From Candidatus Cloacimonadales bacterium (GTDB taxonomy: Bacteria > Cloacimonadota > Cloacimonadia > Cloacimonadales > JAIOQZ01): DNA of 64,000 nucleotides. The DNA is taken from assembly GCA_963662655.2 (NCBI GenBank), contig CAXXTU010000002.1:2688001-2752000 (forward strand), in the 5' to 3' direction. The notes beneath the pieces were generated by a model. That model had not been told where the DNA came from and did no database searches. It saw only the letters and a list, made by a program, of their open reading frames with translations. The translations under genes and the position numbers were made by a program. Positions 40,880-50,705 of this stretch are shown piece by piece (position 1 is the stretch's first letter; every line of letters starts with the position of its first letter).

Positions 40880-41479
40880 ATGGCAAGAGCGCAGAAAATG
40901 CTGACGGATGAGCACGGCAACGAATACCCCGCCAAGATCATCGATCCCGCGATCGTGAGAAGGGACGCGGTGGTCAATCGGGTGATGAAGAGGGCGATCA
41001 GCCTGCACGACAAGCTGACCCGTGACAAGGAGAGGATGGCGGCCGACATCGAGAAGTACCTCGATCAGACAGCCGAACGCTACGGCGAGTCTTGGAAGGG
41101 CAACGCCGAACTCGTCAGCTTCGACGGCCGCTTCAAGGTGGAGGTGCGGTACCGCGAGCGTATCGAGTTCTCCGAGAAACTGCAGATCGCCAAGCAGAAG
41201 ATCGACGACTGCCTGAAGCGATGGTCGCAGGACAGCGACATCAACCTGCAGGCGGTTATCAAGGAAGCGTTTCAGGTCGATAAGAAGGGGCAGATCGCCA
41301 AACACCGCATCCTCGGTCTCAGACGTTACAACATCAAGGACGAGCAGTGGAAGCAGGCGATGGAGCTCATCGACGAAGCGATCAAGGTCACCTCCACCCG
41401 CCAGTACATCGCCTTCTACCAGCGCGAGAACGCCTCGGACAGCTTCAAGCTGGTCACTCTCAACTTCAGCGCGATATAG
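40880..41479 (+). CDS. DUF3164 family protein of Mu-like phages
   Basis: KGN...SFDG, LQIAKQKIDDCL, AFQVDKKG, WKQAM. Confidence 0.85.
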   Translation: MARAQKMLTDEHGNEYPAKIIDPAIVRRDAVVNRVMKRAISLHDKLTRDKERMAADIEKYLDQTAERYGESWKGNAELVSFDGRFKVEVRYRERIEFSEKLQIAKQKIDDCLKRWSQDSDINLQAVIKEAFQVDKKGQIAKHRILGLRRYNIKDEQWKQAMELIDEAIKVTSTRQYIAFYQRENASDSFKLVTLNFSAI

Positions 41480-41540
41480 GCGCGAACCGTCCCCGAAGAG
41501 TCGCCCGTGAACAGCGGGTTTTCTCTTTGGCCAGATTCAT

Positions 41541-41591
41541 TGGCAAACGTGGGCAGGCGTCTTTGACGGTGGAGGCAAGATGATACAGGAT
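41541..41591 (+). promoter_or_regulatory. Putative late promoter 1
   Basis: 21/27 identical to 55806-55832; TTGACG-N17-CAGGAT. Confidence 0.5.
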
Positions 41592-41609
41592 ACCTGCGGA
41601 GAACAGATT

Positions 41610-41822
41610 ATGGAACGAGTTTTCGACGACAAGAAATGCTACACGCCCACCCGGGTGGCGGAGATCCTCGCGGTCGATATCAGTACGGTCTACCGGCTGA
41701 TCCGCGACTTCGACGACCCGCTGCCAGCGTTCCGCCTCAAGGCCAACGGCCAGTTGCGCGTACACGGTGGCAAGGCGAACGACTATTTCGACCGGCACAA
41801 GGTCGACCCGCTGTGGGAATGA
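41610..41822 (+). CDS. Small HTH (excisionase/MerR-like) protein
   Basis: YTPTRVAEILAVDISTVYRLI...LPAFR. Confidence 0.75.
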   Translation: MERVFDDKKCYTPTRVAEILAVDISTVYRLIRDFDDPLPAFRLKANGQLRVHGGKANDYFDRHKVDPLWE

Positions 41823-41858
41823 GAAATGAGGAATTAGGAATGATGAATGGCGGGATTG

Positions 41859-42224
41859 TCAGGATTGCTGCTTACTCAGCGAATTGCGAACGGTCAGCTG
41901 AATCGAGGACAGCAACTTGATGATCTCGCCACATTCTTGCATGAGAGGTTCGAGTTGAGAACGTTGGATAATCTCGCTGTCAGCAAGCAGATTCAACCAG
42001 TATCGACATTCCATCGATTCCTTGTAGGCAATGCTGACCTTCGTGAGGAAATCGGGGCGTGTCTGCGCCGCTTGCCCCTCTGCAAGGTTGGCTCCGATGG
42101 ATGTACCGCATCGCAGAATCTGATCGGCAAAGATAAATTCATGCATCTCGCGCAGCTTCTTGCTGAGGCGAACGATCCGCAAAGCGAAAGCGTAGGATTT
42201 ATCAACGACAACATTCTCTTTCAT
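41859..42224 (-). CDS. Four-helix-bundle protein (23S IVP/Avd-like family)
   Basis: KSYAFALRIV, DQILRCGTSIGANLAEG, DFLTKVSIAYKESMECRYWL. Confidence 0.9.
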   Translation of the reverse strand: MKENVVVDKSYAFALRIVRLSKKLREMHEFIFADQILRCGTSIGANLAEGQAAQTRPDFLTKVSIAYKESMECRYWLNLLADSEIIQRSQLEPLMQECGEIIKLLSSIQLTVRNSLSKQQS

Positions 42225-42315
42225 GCCAGAACGTTGAAACAGCACAAGAAACTGTCAACGCGAATCTTCCATTCCTCATTCATAATTCATCATCCATCAT
42301 TGCCCGGAGGGCTTC

Positions 42316-42777
42316 ATGAACAGCAAAGAATACCGGCGTAAGCGAGAGTCGGCAAAGCGGCTCTACCTCAAGGGCGAGACCGACGTCGCCGCTCTGGCGC
42401 GGATGTTCGAGGTGGCCGACAAGACCGTGCGCAACTGGATACGCAAGGGCAAGTGGGACGACGAATACGACGAGGTGCATCATATCGAGGAAGAGATCGA
42501 TATCGCGGTCAAACGAGCTCTCATCCGCGCCCTCAGGGAATACGCAGAGGTTCCGCAGGATACCGCGCTGCAGTCGCTGGTGTCGCTGTTGCGCCAGTAC
42601 AACAAGAACGCCGAACCAACCCGCGATTTCATCGAGCACATGAAGCGGTTCCTGGACTGGCTGGTGGATTTCTATCACGCCCGTAACGACGAGGCGACCG
42701 CCAAGGCGATCCAGCGGGAAATCCTCGGTGAGGACGGCATCGTCGAGTACTTAAGGAAGCGCGCCGGACATGGCTAA
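42316..42777 (+). CDS. Probable terminase small subunit
   Basis: AKRLYL..HTH..TVRNWIRKGKW, directly upstream of TerL. Confidence 0.65.
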   Translation: MNSKEYRRKRESAKRLYLKGETDVAALARMFEVADKTVRNWIRKGKWDDEYDEVHHIEEEIDIAVKRALIRALREYAEVPQDTALQSLVSLLRQYNKNAEPTRDFIEHMKRFLDWLVDFYHARNDEATAKAIQREILGEDGIVEYLRKRAGHG

Positions 42778-44314
42778 ATTCACGCAGAAAGACCAGACAT
42801 ACTTTACCCGCATAGCTGAGAAGACCGCCGGTGTCAAACCGTTCGCAGAAGACACGCCGCAGAAGAAACAGCAGCGTATCGCAAGGGCGAGCGGCGAGGG
42901 CTGGCGGTCTTTCTCGTTCTTCTGCACATCGTACTTTCCCCACATCTTCAAGCTGCCATTTTGTGATGCCCATAGGGAGATGTTCGAGGTGGTCGAAGCC
43001 GAAAGCGGCGTCACCGCCATCACGGGGTTTCGCGGACTGGGCAAGACCGTGCTCATGGGCGTCGTCTATCCGATCTGGCGGGTGATCAAGGGCGAGAGGT
43101 ACGTGATCCACACAGCGGCGGACGTCGATCTGGCGGAGGAGAGAACGGCCTTCACCTACAACGAACTGACCAACAACAAGCGGCTTCTCGGCGACTTCGA
43201 CGATCTGCGACCCATCGACACCACCGAGGACGACTTCTATCTGCGCAATCGCGGTCGCATTCGCGCGCGAGGTGTGAAACAATCGTTTCGCGGCTCCATC
43301 AATCCCCGCACCTCCACGCGCCCCGGTCTCATCGTTTGCGACGACATCGATAAGGAGGAGAACGTCGGCAACCAGACCATCGGCCGCAGGCGCATGGACA
43401 AGATCGTGCAGGAGATCGGCGGCGCACTCGACCCGTCCGGCTCCGGCAAGGTGATCTGGCTCGGTAATCTCGTCCACCCCAACTACGCCATCTGCCAGTT
43501 CATGGAGGCCATCGTCGAGGAGATCAAAGCCGACAACAACAGCTTCAATCCGGACGACGTGCGGCATCTGTTCGCAGAGGGAAGGCGACTCCTGCGCTTC
43601 TCTCTGGAAACCGATGGCGGCCAGTCGGTATGGGAGCGTCAATACCCCACCGGCGAGCTGCCCCTTCTACGTCGCAAGTTCGGTCACACAGGCTATCAGC
43701 GCGAGTTTCTCGGCGTACCGATGATCGAGGGCAATATGTTCAAGCACCACTGGTTCAAGCGGTACGCGCGGCTCCCCAAGCGCATGAAGCGGGTCTGGAT
43801 GTACGCCGATCCTGCGTGGGGCGAGAAGGGCTGCTACAAGGCGATCATCTCCATCGGTTACGACGGCCTGAAATTCTACGTGATTCACTGCTGGGTACGC
43901 CAGACCGAGAACTCGCGCTTCTTCGCCTTCTACTACAACGCATGTGCTGAGTTGTCTCGCCGCTACGGAGTCCGATTCCGCGCTGCGATGGAGACCAACT
44001 ACGGCCAGCACCGCATCCTCGCAGACTTCGACCGCTGGTGCCGCGAGAACGGGCGCAATCCTATCTCGCACCGCATCCGCCGCATCAACAATGACCGCAA
44101 CAAGGCCCTGCGCATCGAGCGCGTCGACACGGTCATCGAGACCGGCAAGGTCGTCTTTCCCGACGGGCAGGACACGCCAACTCTTATCAGCCAGTTTCTC
44201 ACCTACCCGCAAGGATACGTGGACGGTCCGGACGCCCTTGCAGGCTGCCTCGAACGCTTCCCCGAATATGACACCGGCCGCAACAGAACCAGAGTTCGGA
44301 GCTTCCGGTTTTGA
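42770..44314 (+). CDS. Terminase large subunit
   Basis: FRGLGKT, LIVCDDID, YADPA, DGPDAL. Confidence 0.88.
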   Translation: MAKFTQKDQTYFTRIAEKTAGVKPFAEDTPQKKQQRIARASGEGWRSFSFFCTSYFPHIFKLPFCDAHREMFEVVEAESGVTAITGFRGLGKTVLMGVVYPIWRVIKGERYVIHTAADVDLAEERTAFTYNELTNNKRLLGDFDDLRPIDTTEDDFYLRNRGRIRARGVKQSFRGSINPRTSTRPGLIVCDDIDKEENVGNQTIGRRRMDKIVQEIGGALDPSGSGKVIWLGNLVHPNYAICQFMEAIVEEIKADNNSFNPDDVRHLFAEGRRLLRFSLETDGGQSVWERQYPTGELPLLRRKFGHTGYQREFLGVPMIEGNMFKHHWFKRYARLPKRMKRVWMYADPAWGEKGCYKAIISIGYDGLKFYVIHCWVRQTENSRFFAFYYNACAELSRRYGVRFRAAMETNYGQHRILADFDRWCRENGRNPISHRIRRINNDRNKALRIERVDTVIETGKVVFPDGQDTPTLISQFLTYPQGYVDGPDALAGCLERFPEYDTGRNRTRVRSFRF

Positions 44315-45189
44315 CCTACTTCGACCGCGTGATGCTCGAATATTATCGCGTGCTCAACAATGCCTGGCAGCGCGAGGTGCGCGAGTCGGCGACGCAGGCC
44401 ATCAGGGCGTTGTCCGACATCCCTCGTCACGAGCGGCTCAATCGCACCCACATCGACGACGTTCTCGCCGTCATCGACTCCAACCTCGGCGAGGATTTTT
44501 CGTCCGCTGTACGCACCGAAACGAAGGCGTACATCCAGCGGTGCATGCTCCTTGGCCTCAGCGACGCGCAGAAGCAGGTTCCGCACAACACGCGCATCGG
44601 CTTGTACGGCGTACGGGAGAAGCGGCTCGAGACTGTCATCACCCGCCAGAACCTCTTCTGGATCGGCGAACGCTATGGCACAGACATCTCGCAGAAGTTT
44701 CGTTCCACCCTCACCGAGGCTGTCGCCTCCGGCTACACGAAGAAGATGCTGCAGGAGAAGTTATCCGGGCAGTTCAAGGACTTGGGCCAAAAATCGCAGC
44801 ACTACTGGCAGGGGCTGGCGGAGCACACTGCGCTACGGATTCGGGAGTTCGGGAGGTTGGAAGGATATCGCAAGGCTGGTGCGAAGTACTACCGGTTGGT
44901 GGTTGTTCTCGATGATCGCACGTCGGATATCTGCCGCGCCCTCGCTGCGCAGAACAAGGTCTATCCGCTCTCCGACGCTCTTGAGGTGATGGAAGACCTG
45001 CTGGCTATCGATCCGAAGCAGCACAGCCTCGAATCGGTGCGAGAACGCACGAAGGAGCTTGCTCCGTGGGTCAGTGACGACATGATAGAGCGAAACGCAT
45101 CCGGCAGACCAACCGGCGTCTCAGGAAGCCACACGCCCTTCCCACCGTTTCACTGGAAGTGCAGGACGGGGACAGAGGTGGTGATTTAG
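44311..45189 (+). CDS. Minor head protein (MuF/SPP1 gp7 family)
   Basis: LDDRTSDIC and PPFHWKCRT motifs. Confidence 0.85.
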   Translation: MTYFDRVMLEYYRVLNNAWQREVRESATQAIRALSDIPRHERLNRTHIDDVLAVIDSNLGEDFSSAVRTETKAYIQRCMLLGLSDAQKQVPHNTRIGLYGVREKRLETVITRQNLFWIGERYGTDISQKFRSTLTEAVASGYTKKMLQEKLSGQFKDLGQKSQHYWQGLAEHTALRIREFGRLEGYRKAGAKYYRLVVVLDDRTSDICRALAAQNKVYPLSDALEVMEDLLAIDPKQHSLESVRERTKELAPWVSDDMIERNASGRPTGVSGSHTPFPPFHWKCRTGTEVVI

Positions 45190-45259
45190 GGATTTGAAGG
45201 AGTCGATGGGACCAACGAGGAAAACTGGCAGCGAAGCCAGTTTTCGGTGTTTGTGGGGC

Positions 45260-45550
45260 TTATTCTGATTCGGGATCGGTGAAGTCTGCGGCGTTTTCAG
45301 GTGCGTTCATGAAATCGGCTACATCCTGCCGGGTGGCGTCCCAGTTGAGGATGCGTCCTGTCTCGATGTCGATTTCGTGGTTGATGTAGTCGCCCCAGTG
45401 CTTTCCCGGCATGAACTCCGGCACCGGGCCGTCGTAGTTCTTCATCGCTTCGCCGTTTTCGCCCTTGAAAGCAGCCCTCATGTTACCTGAAATCTTCGCG
45501 TTGATGATCATCGTTTTCAGGGTGGTCTCTGTGGTCTTTTTCGTCTTCAT
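45260..45550 (-). CDS. Hypothetical cargo protein
   Basis: AAGGAG RBS; YDGPVPEFMPG.HWGDYI...ID..TG.I.NW. Confidence 0.6.
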   Translation of the reverse strand: MKTKKTTETTLKTMIINAKISGNMRAAFKGENGEAMKNYDGPVPEFMPGKHWGDYINHEIDIETGRILNWDATRQDVADFMNAPENAADFTDPESE

Positions 45551-45629
45551 CGTAGTCTCCTTTGTGTCTCTAATTATGTCTCTATGATAAAGATGACGCA
45601 CAGGAAGTCAAGTGCTTCAGGATATAGAG

Positions 45630-45658
45630 ACGCCGGTAAGTAAGCTACCGGCGTTTTT
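45630..45658. terminator. Intrinsic terminator at cargo boundary
   Basis: ACGCCGGTA-N7-TACCGGCGT + T-run. Confidence 0.7.
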
Positions 45659-45721
45659 AAAAGTGTCTTGATTGCAATTCAATGGTTGAAGCAACACACA
45701 GAAACTGCAATACTCTATTGG

Positions 45722-48700
45722 TTACTCTACTTGCCAGACATCAACTTGATTGACATCGAATCCATCACTACTATCCTTGCTAACAATCAGAAAGTAGGCG
45801 TCACCTGTTGGCAAATATGTAGCAGGAATAATGGTGCTCCCTCCGCCTCCTTCAATTGTTAACGATCTATCGGAATTCCATGTTATTGTGACCTCCATTT
45901 CACTCCCATAAGAGTAAGAGCCAATCACTTCCATTGAAAGATTGCTTTCTGACCAAGCACTAACTTCTCCATTGTACAGTTTTATCCCTCCTCCAAGAGA
46001 AGTACCATAATATACCCAGTTATTTGTCAAACCAATATACGCTTGGTCTGTATTTCCTCCGCCGGAAGCCAAAAAAGGTGTTAATATGATTGTAAACGAA
46101 AATCCCGGTTGGAATTGCTGAAGCATACGTATTTGTCCCCAGCTGACATCATTGTAACGCATATGAGCATTACTATTCGATATTGGCGGTACCCAATTGC
46201 CACCATTACTGTTGCCACTCCATTGGTTTCCTTGCCATAATGTTGAATTCCAGCTATCAAAAGTTTCTTGGATCGTTGGCTCTTCTCCGATGTCTTGCTT
46301 TTCTGCTACAACCTCGTAGAAGCCAACCGAATCCGCTCCGGAAATCGGTAGTGTAACCGTCAGAAATTCCGTAGTAGTCTCAAGCGAAGCTCCTGACATT
46401 TCAGGGTTTTGTGCTGAATACACAGAGTATTCATCAACAGCCGTTGCATTGTTGAAGATGTCCTCGGTAACCTCATCCCATGAAAGGACGACTTGATTTC
46501 CCGTGAGATCGATCAACAAGTTCTCTGGTGCTTTGGGCGGTATATTGACCGCAAGTGTGTTCGTTGCAGAAGTAGTTGTGTTTTGTGCACCATCAAGAAC
46601 CTCGATGTAGTAATTGATAACTGGGTGTTGCTGCTCGGGAAGTGTCGCCATGAACAGGTCGCTTCCCAGAGAAGTCATGTTCACGCCGATATCCCGTGTG
46701 GTTCGTGTCGTTTCCCAGTTGTAGTAAAGGATTGCATTTAGGACACCGTTTTGATCAGTAATCTCAGCCGTGATTTCAATTTCATCGGTGTAGTATATAG
46801 TGCTGGGGGTAACTTGCGTGATTTCGATTTGTGTGTCGTCATGTGGATAGAATGTCTCGGCATTGTTGCTATACGCTTCATTATCATACATATCCTCAGC
46901 CTTGATATCGACGTAGTACGTCGTTTCGGATAGAGTCGCAGTATCGATCTGCGCCGAGTAGATAGTGTCATCTGCCGTGACATCCCCGTTAAGTCCATCA
47001 TCATGCATATTGAGTGTGAATTGAGCTATTCCATCCGGTTGCTGCACGATGCAGAATACGGAATCAGGGTTCACGCCAGAACTGTTATCTGTGACTGTCG
47101 CTGTCGCCAGAATCGTTGTGCCGATCATTGGATTGTCATCCGAGACTGATACGTTCGAGATTTGTGGAGGTACCGTCTCCCCCTGCACATCAATTATATA
47201 TGTATATGTTTCTGCATTCAAGCAGTCATCTTTCGTCAGGATTTGAAGCGTGCAGTCTTCAGTAATGGTGCTGACATCGATTGCGAAAGAGTTGCCTGTG
47301 ATGGTCAGGTCAGTCCATGGATCTGAATCAAATCGATATCTCAGTAGCTCGATTTCATTCTCATCGTAAGCTGTTCCTGACAATGCTGTAATCGATTCAT
47401 TCAAATTTATCGTACCGTTATTCGATGGGAGATAGACCGTAGGAGCTTCTGAATCCCACGGGGAGAAGATTTCGATTCTCGGATTACTATCCGTGATGAG
47501 CACAGCAAACAGTTTACCATTAGGGGACCAATTCAGTTGGTACATATCTGCATTTGATTCATATTGTTTCATCTGAATCATTGTTTGATTCTCGACATCC
47601 CACAAGCATACTTTTTTGTTATTTACACCTATTGATAGTAGATATCGACTACTACCCGGTTGCCAGTCCAGTTTGCTCTCGAACCAAGCTCCACTACTCA
47701 AGGTAGTTCCTGTATATGTTGAACCGTTGTAGATTTTAATTACCTCATCTCGATAATCGCTAATTGCTAAGATGCTGCTATCATCAGAAATGGCGACACC
47801 TTTAGTGTCATCATAATATCCTGGATTGGCATCGATGTTGTATTGAAATGAACCATTGTGATTCCAGACTGAGACCAATCCATCATGGGGTGAATCTTCT
47901 ACATATGAGACTACAATGAGATTGTTGGAAAAGTCTGCCTCATATGGATCCCATGATGTATCTCTTAACTGTTGATAGCTAAGAGAAGCCCCATTATGCG
48001 TGTAAAGCCTTGTGCCATCATTACTGCCTTCAGCATATATAAACTTCTCATTAGATATCCATTCCATGTTTCCTCTACGTTCATGAAGCCATATATCGTT
48101 ATTCGTTACTAGTTGACTCTGCGAAGCAACGTCGAAAATGTAGAAATCGAATGTTGTGGTAAAAGATATCTTACTGCCGTCTGGAGACAATCTGAGTAAC
48201 TGTATTACAGAATTATCCCCATTATAGTTGAAGAAATTCATAAATATGTCATCTTCTTCATGGATTAGGTCGCGCTCCTTGCACTTGTATTGCTCACTGC
48301 TATAGAAGATGGATTTAGAGTCTGCCCCCCAGTCAAAGGTGTTGTATTCATAAGTTTGGGACATGTCTATTGACTGAACAGGAATCATTTCAGGGACAGA
48401 AACTGTTACAGGGAAGCTGAATGAATGGCTACCGCCTTCGAAAAGGATATCAACTATCGCTGTTGTATTCTCTGTGAATGTGAGTCTTGCATAACCAGCG
48501 AGAAAGCCTGTGCTGATTGTAACAAAGTCCTTGGAATGTTGGTTGTTATCGAACAAGCCTTGCTCACATGTAAGTGTTAAAGGCATACCTGAATCTACAG
48601 GAGACCCTTGATCATACACACGAATACTAAGATCATAAATCGAGTATGTGGCATTATCTCCTGAATAGTAAACAGCTGCAGTTTGGAAGGTGTAATCATG

Positions 48701-50534
48701 ATCTGGTGCAACAATGTCGACTTCGGATATGTCATACACATCGTCGTTATCAGCATCTACACAGACTATATCAACGGTTCCCTCCATCTGGGGATAGTAT
48801 CCGACTGATGCAACACCTTCAGCATTGGTACAAACAGGATTATTATCCTGGAAGTATCCCATGTTTGGCGACTGCCAGAAATTGACTGGGTGATTCGCTA
48901 CAGCTGGTGTGATCGTTGCGTAGATGGTTGTGAGTTCGCCTACTTCAAACGGAGTCTCTTCGAATGATAACGCAATGCCTTCTGCAGGCTGTGGACTGAC
49001 GGTGAATGTAAGGGGGCCGTATGCTGGATATGGATTCTGGCAATCGTTGGCAATGAACTGGTAGGAATGTTGACCAAGTCCTATTTCTGAGCCTTCCATG
49101 TTATAAGTGAAACATTGACCGTCATAGGACATTTCATGAAGATCACCATCGATTGAAACTTGAACGATGGAAAACTCGTTCGGGTCATAGTGTTGAACGC
49201 TGAAAGTGAATTGATCATTCTCATATCCGTTTTCGGGATTAACAACACCATCAAACATGTAATTGTCTGGCAGTGTATTAGTTATCGTGAAATGACCAGC
49301 ATTCTCATCTGGGGCAGTGATAGAATACGCCGTTGCATGTTCACCCGTTGTTTGACCAGAGACCTCGACGATGTAGTCATTGGATGATGGCAAAGTTTCG
49401 ATGATATTCAGTCCATATAAGCCACTACTCAATGTGGCACAATATGCACCCGGTTCAACAGCCGAAAATGTACCCGTTCCTGCTGTTACAGCATTTGATC
49501 CATTTGAATAGGCCATTGTTAAGTTCACATCAGTTTGCTCAATAATGCTGAAATCGAAGCCGAAGTTTATCCAGTCAGAATCTTCAAACTCAATCTCATA
49601 TGTGTCAGACCCATTACTATCCAAGAAAGACCAAGTTCCTGCTGCCACTATATTCGACGAAACTGGGTTCATGTTGTTATAATCGTCGATATTCTCATTC
49701 ATTATTGTCAGAACTTCGCTACACATCGCTGCATGATAGGGAACCATTATTGTAAGATAGACGGTCGGGCTCATTAAAGCTATGCCTTGATATGCCAGTA
49801 AGTCCGTGCTTACATTGTCCATTATCGCATACATAGCTTCTTCGATAATCATTTCTGCTACACCTGAACTTAGGAATGTTTCAACAGCAATCGCTACAGG
49901 CCCAGATAAGAATACTGACGCTACATGTAAACCTCCTGTAACTGCGCCAGCGGCAAAGCCTACAGCCAAATGAATGCCAAACTCAGGAGTAGTCATAAGG
50001 CTCCAGTCCCAGTCATGTTGGTATAAGTACATGACGCCAGAAGAAGCTGCGCCAACAACTCCATGTAGTGTCATCCAAGTAGCTAAAGAAATTGTAACAG
50101 GCTCCCGACTTTCAAGTGAAGCCGCATCAATATTCATTGCATACGCATAGACATTCATGGCTTCAGTAGCTCCAATCAATTCTTTGGGAAATCTTGATAA
50201 TGGAACTTCCGTTACCAGATGTGTATTGAGATGATCTTCTTCAAGGCATGCCTTAGTGTAGAGTGTGTGTACGAAATTATTGAATAGCACACAATCTTCG
50301 TATGTCATCTCATCGAGAATACTTGCGAACTCGCTTTGCTCGATTCCTAAGTGATCCAGAAATTCGTTGTAAAATTCACTGTCAGCGGTAGCTATATACT
50401 CAAGCAAGTTATCATTGATTATAGCTTCATGGCAATTCACCAGTTGGAAGTGGGTAACATTCAGTTGGTGCACTGGCGAGTGATGTGATGCTGAACAAGA
50501 AAAGCACGAAAACGATAACAGAGACTTTGATCAT
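45722..50534 (-). pseudogene. Giant secreted multidomain protein (beta-propeller, Ig/FN3-like), frameshifted near the 5' end
   Basis: RBS, ATG and signal peptide at 50534 in one frame (stop at 50427); 1583-aa body in the +1 frame. Confidence 0.7.
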
Positions 50535-50705
50535 GATTCCTCCAAAGTTTTTTAGTATTATTCGTCTATCAATATGCAAACCCCATGCCATCCGGCTTGA
50601 TGGCGACAATCTCACTATGATTCAATGAGATACATTTTTGCCATTTATTCATCATGTTGCAGTTCCGCCACAATATGTGGTGAAATGGCAACATATTGAT
50701 TTCTA

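Noticed and set aside
39692..41305. 537-aa antisense ORF (also 52482-54302, 38456-39535, 21101-22135 and similar)
   Set aside because: Shadow ORFs of GC3-rich genes on the opposite strand, with no motifs
41859..42224. Diversity-generating retroelement (Avd-like gene)
   Set aside because: No reverse transcriptase or TR/VR pair seen in the window
50427..50429. TGA readthrough in the giant cargo gene
   Set aside because: More stops follow within a few codons; a frameshift explains the data
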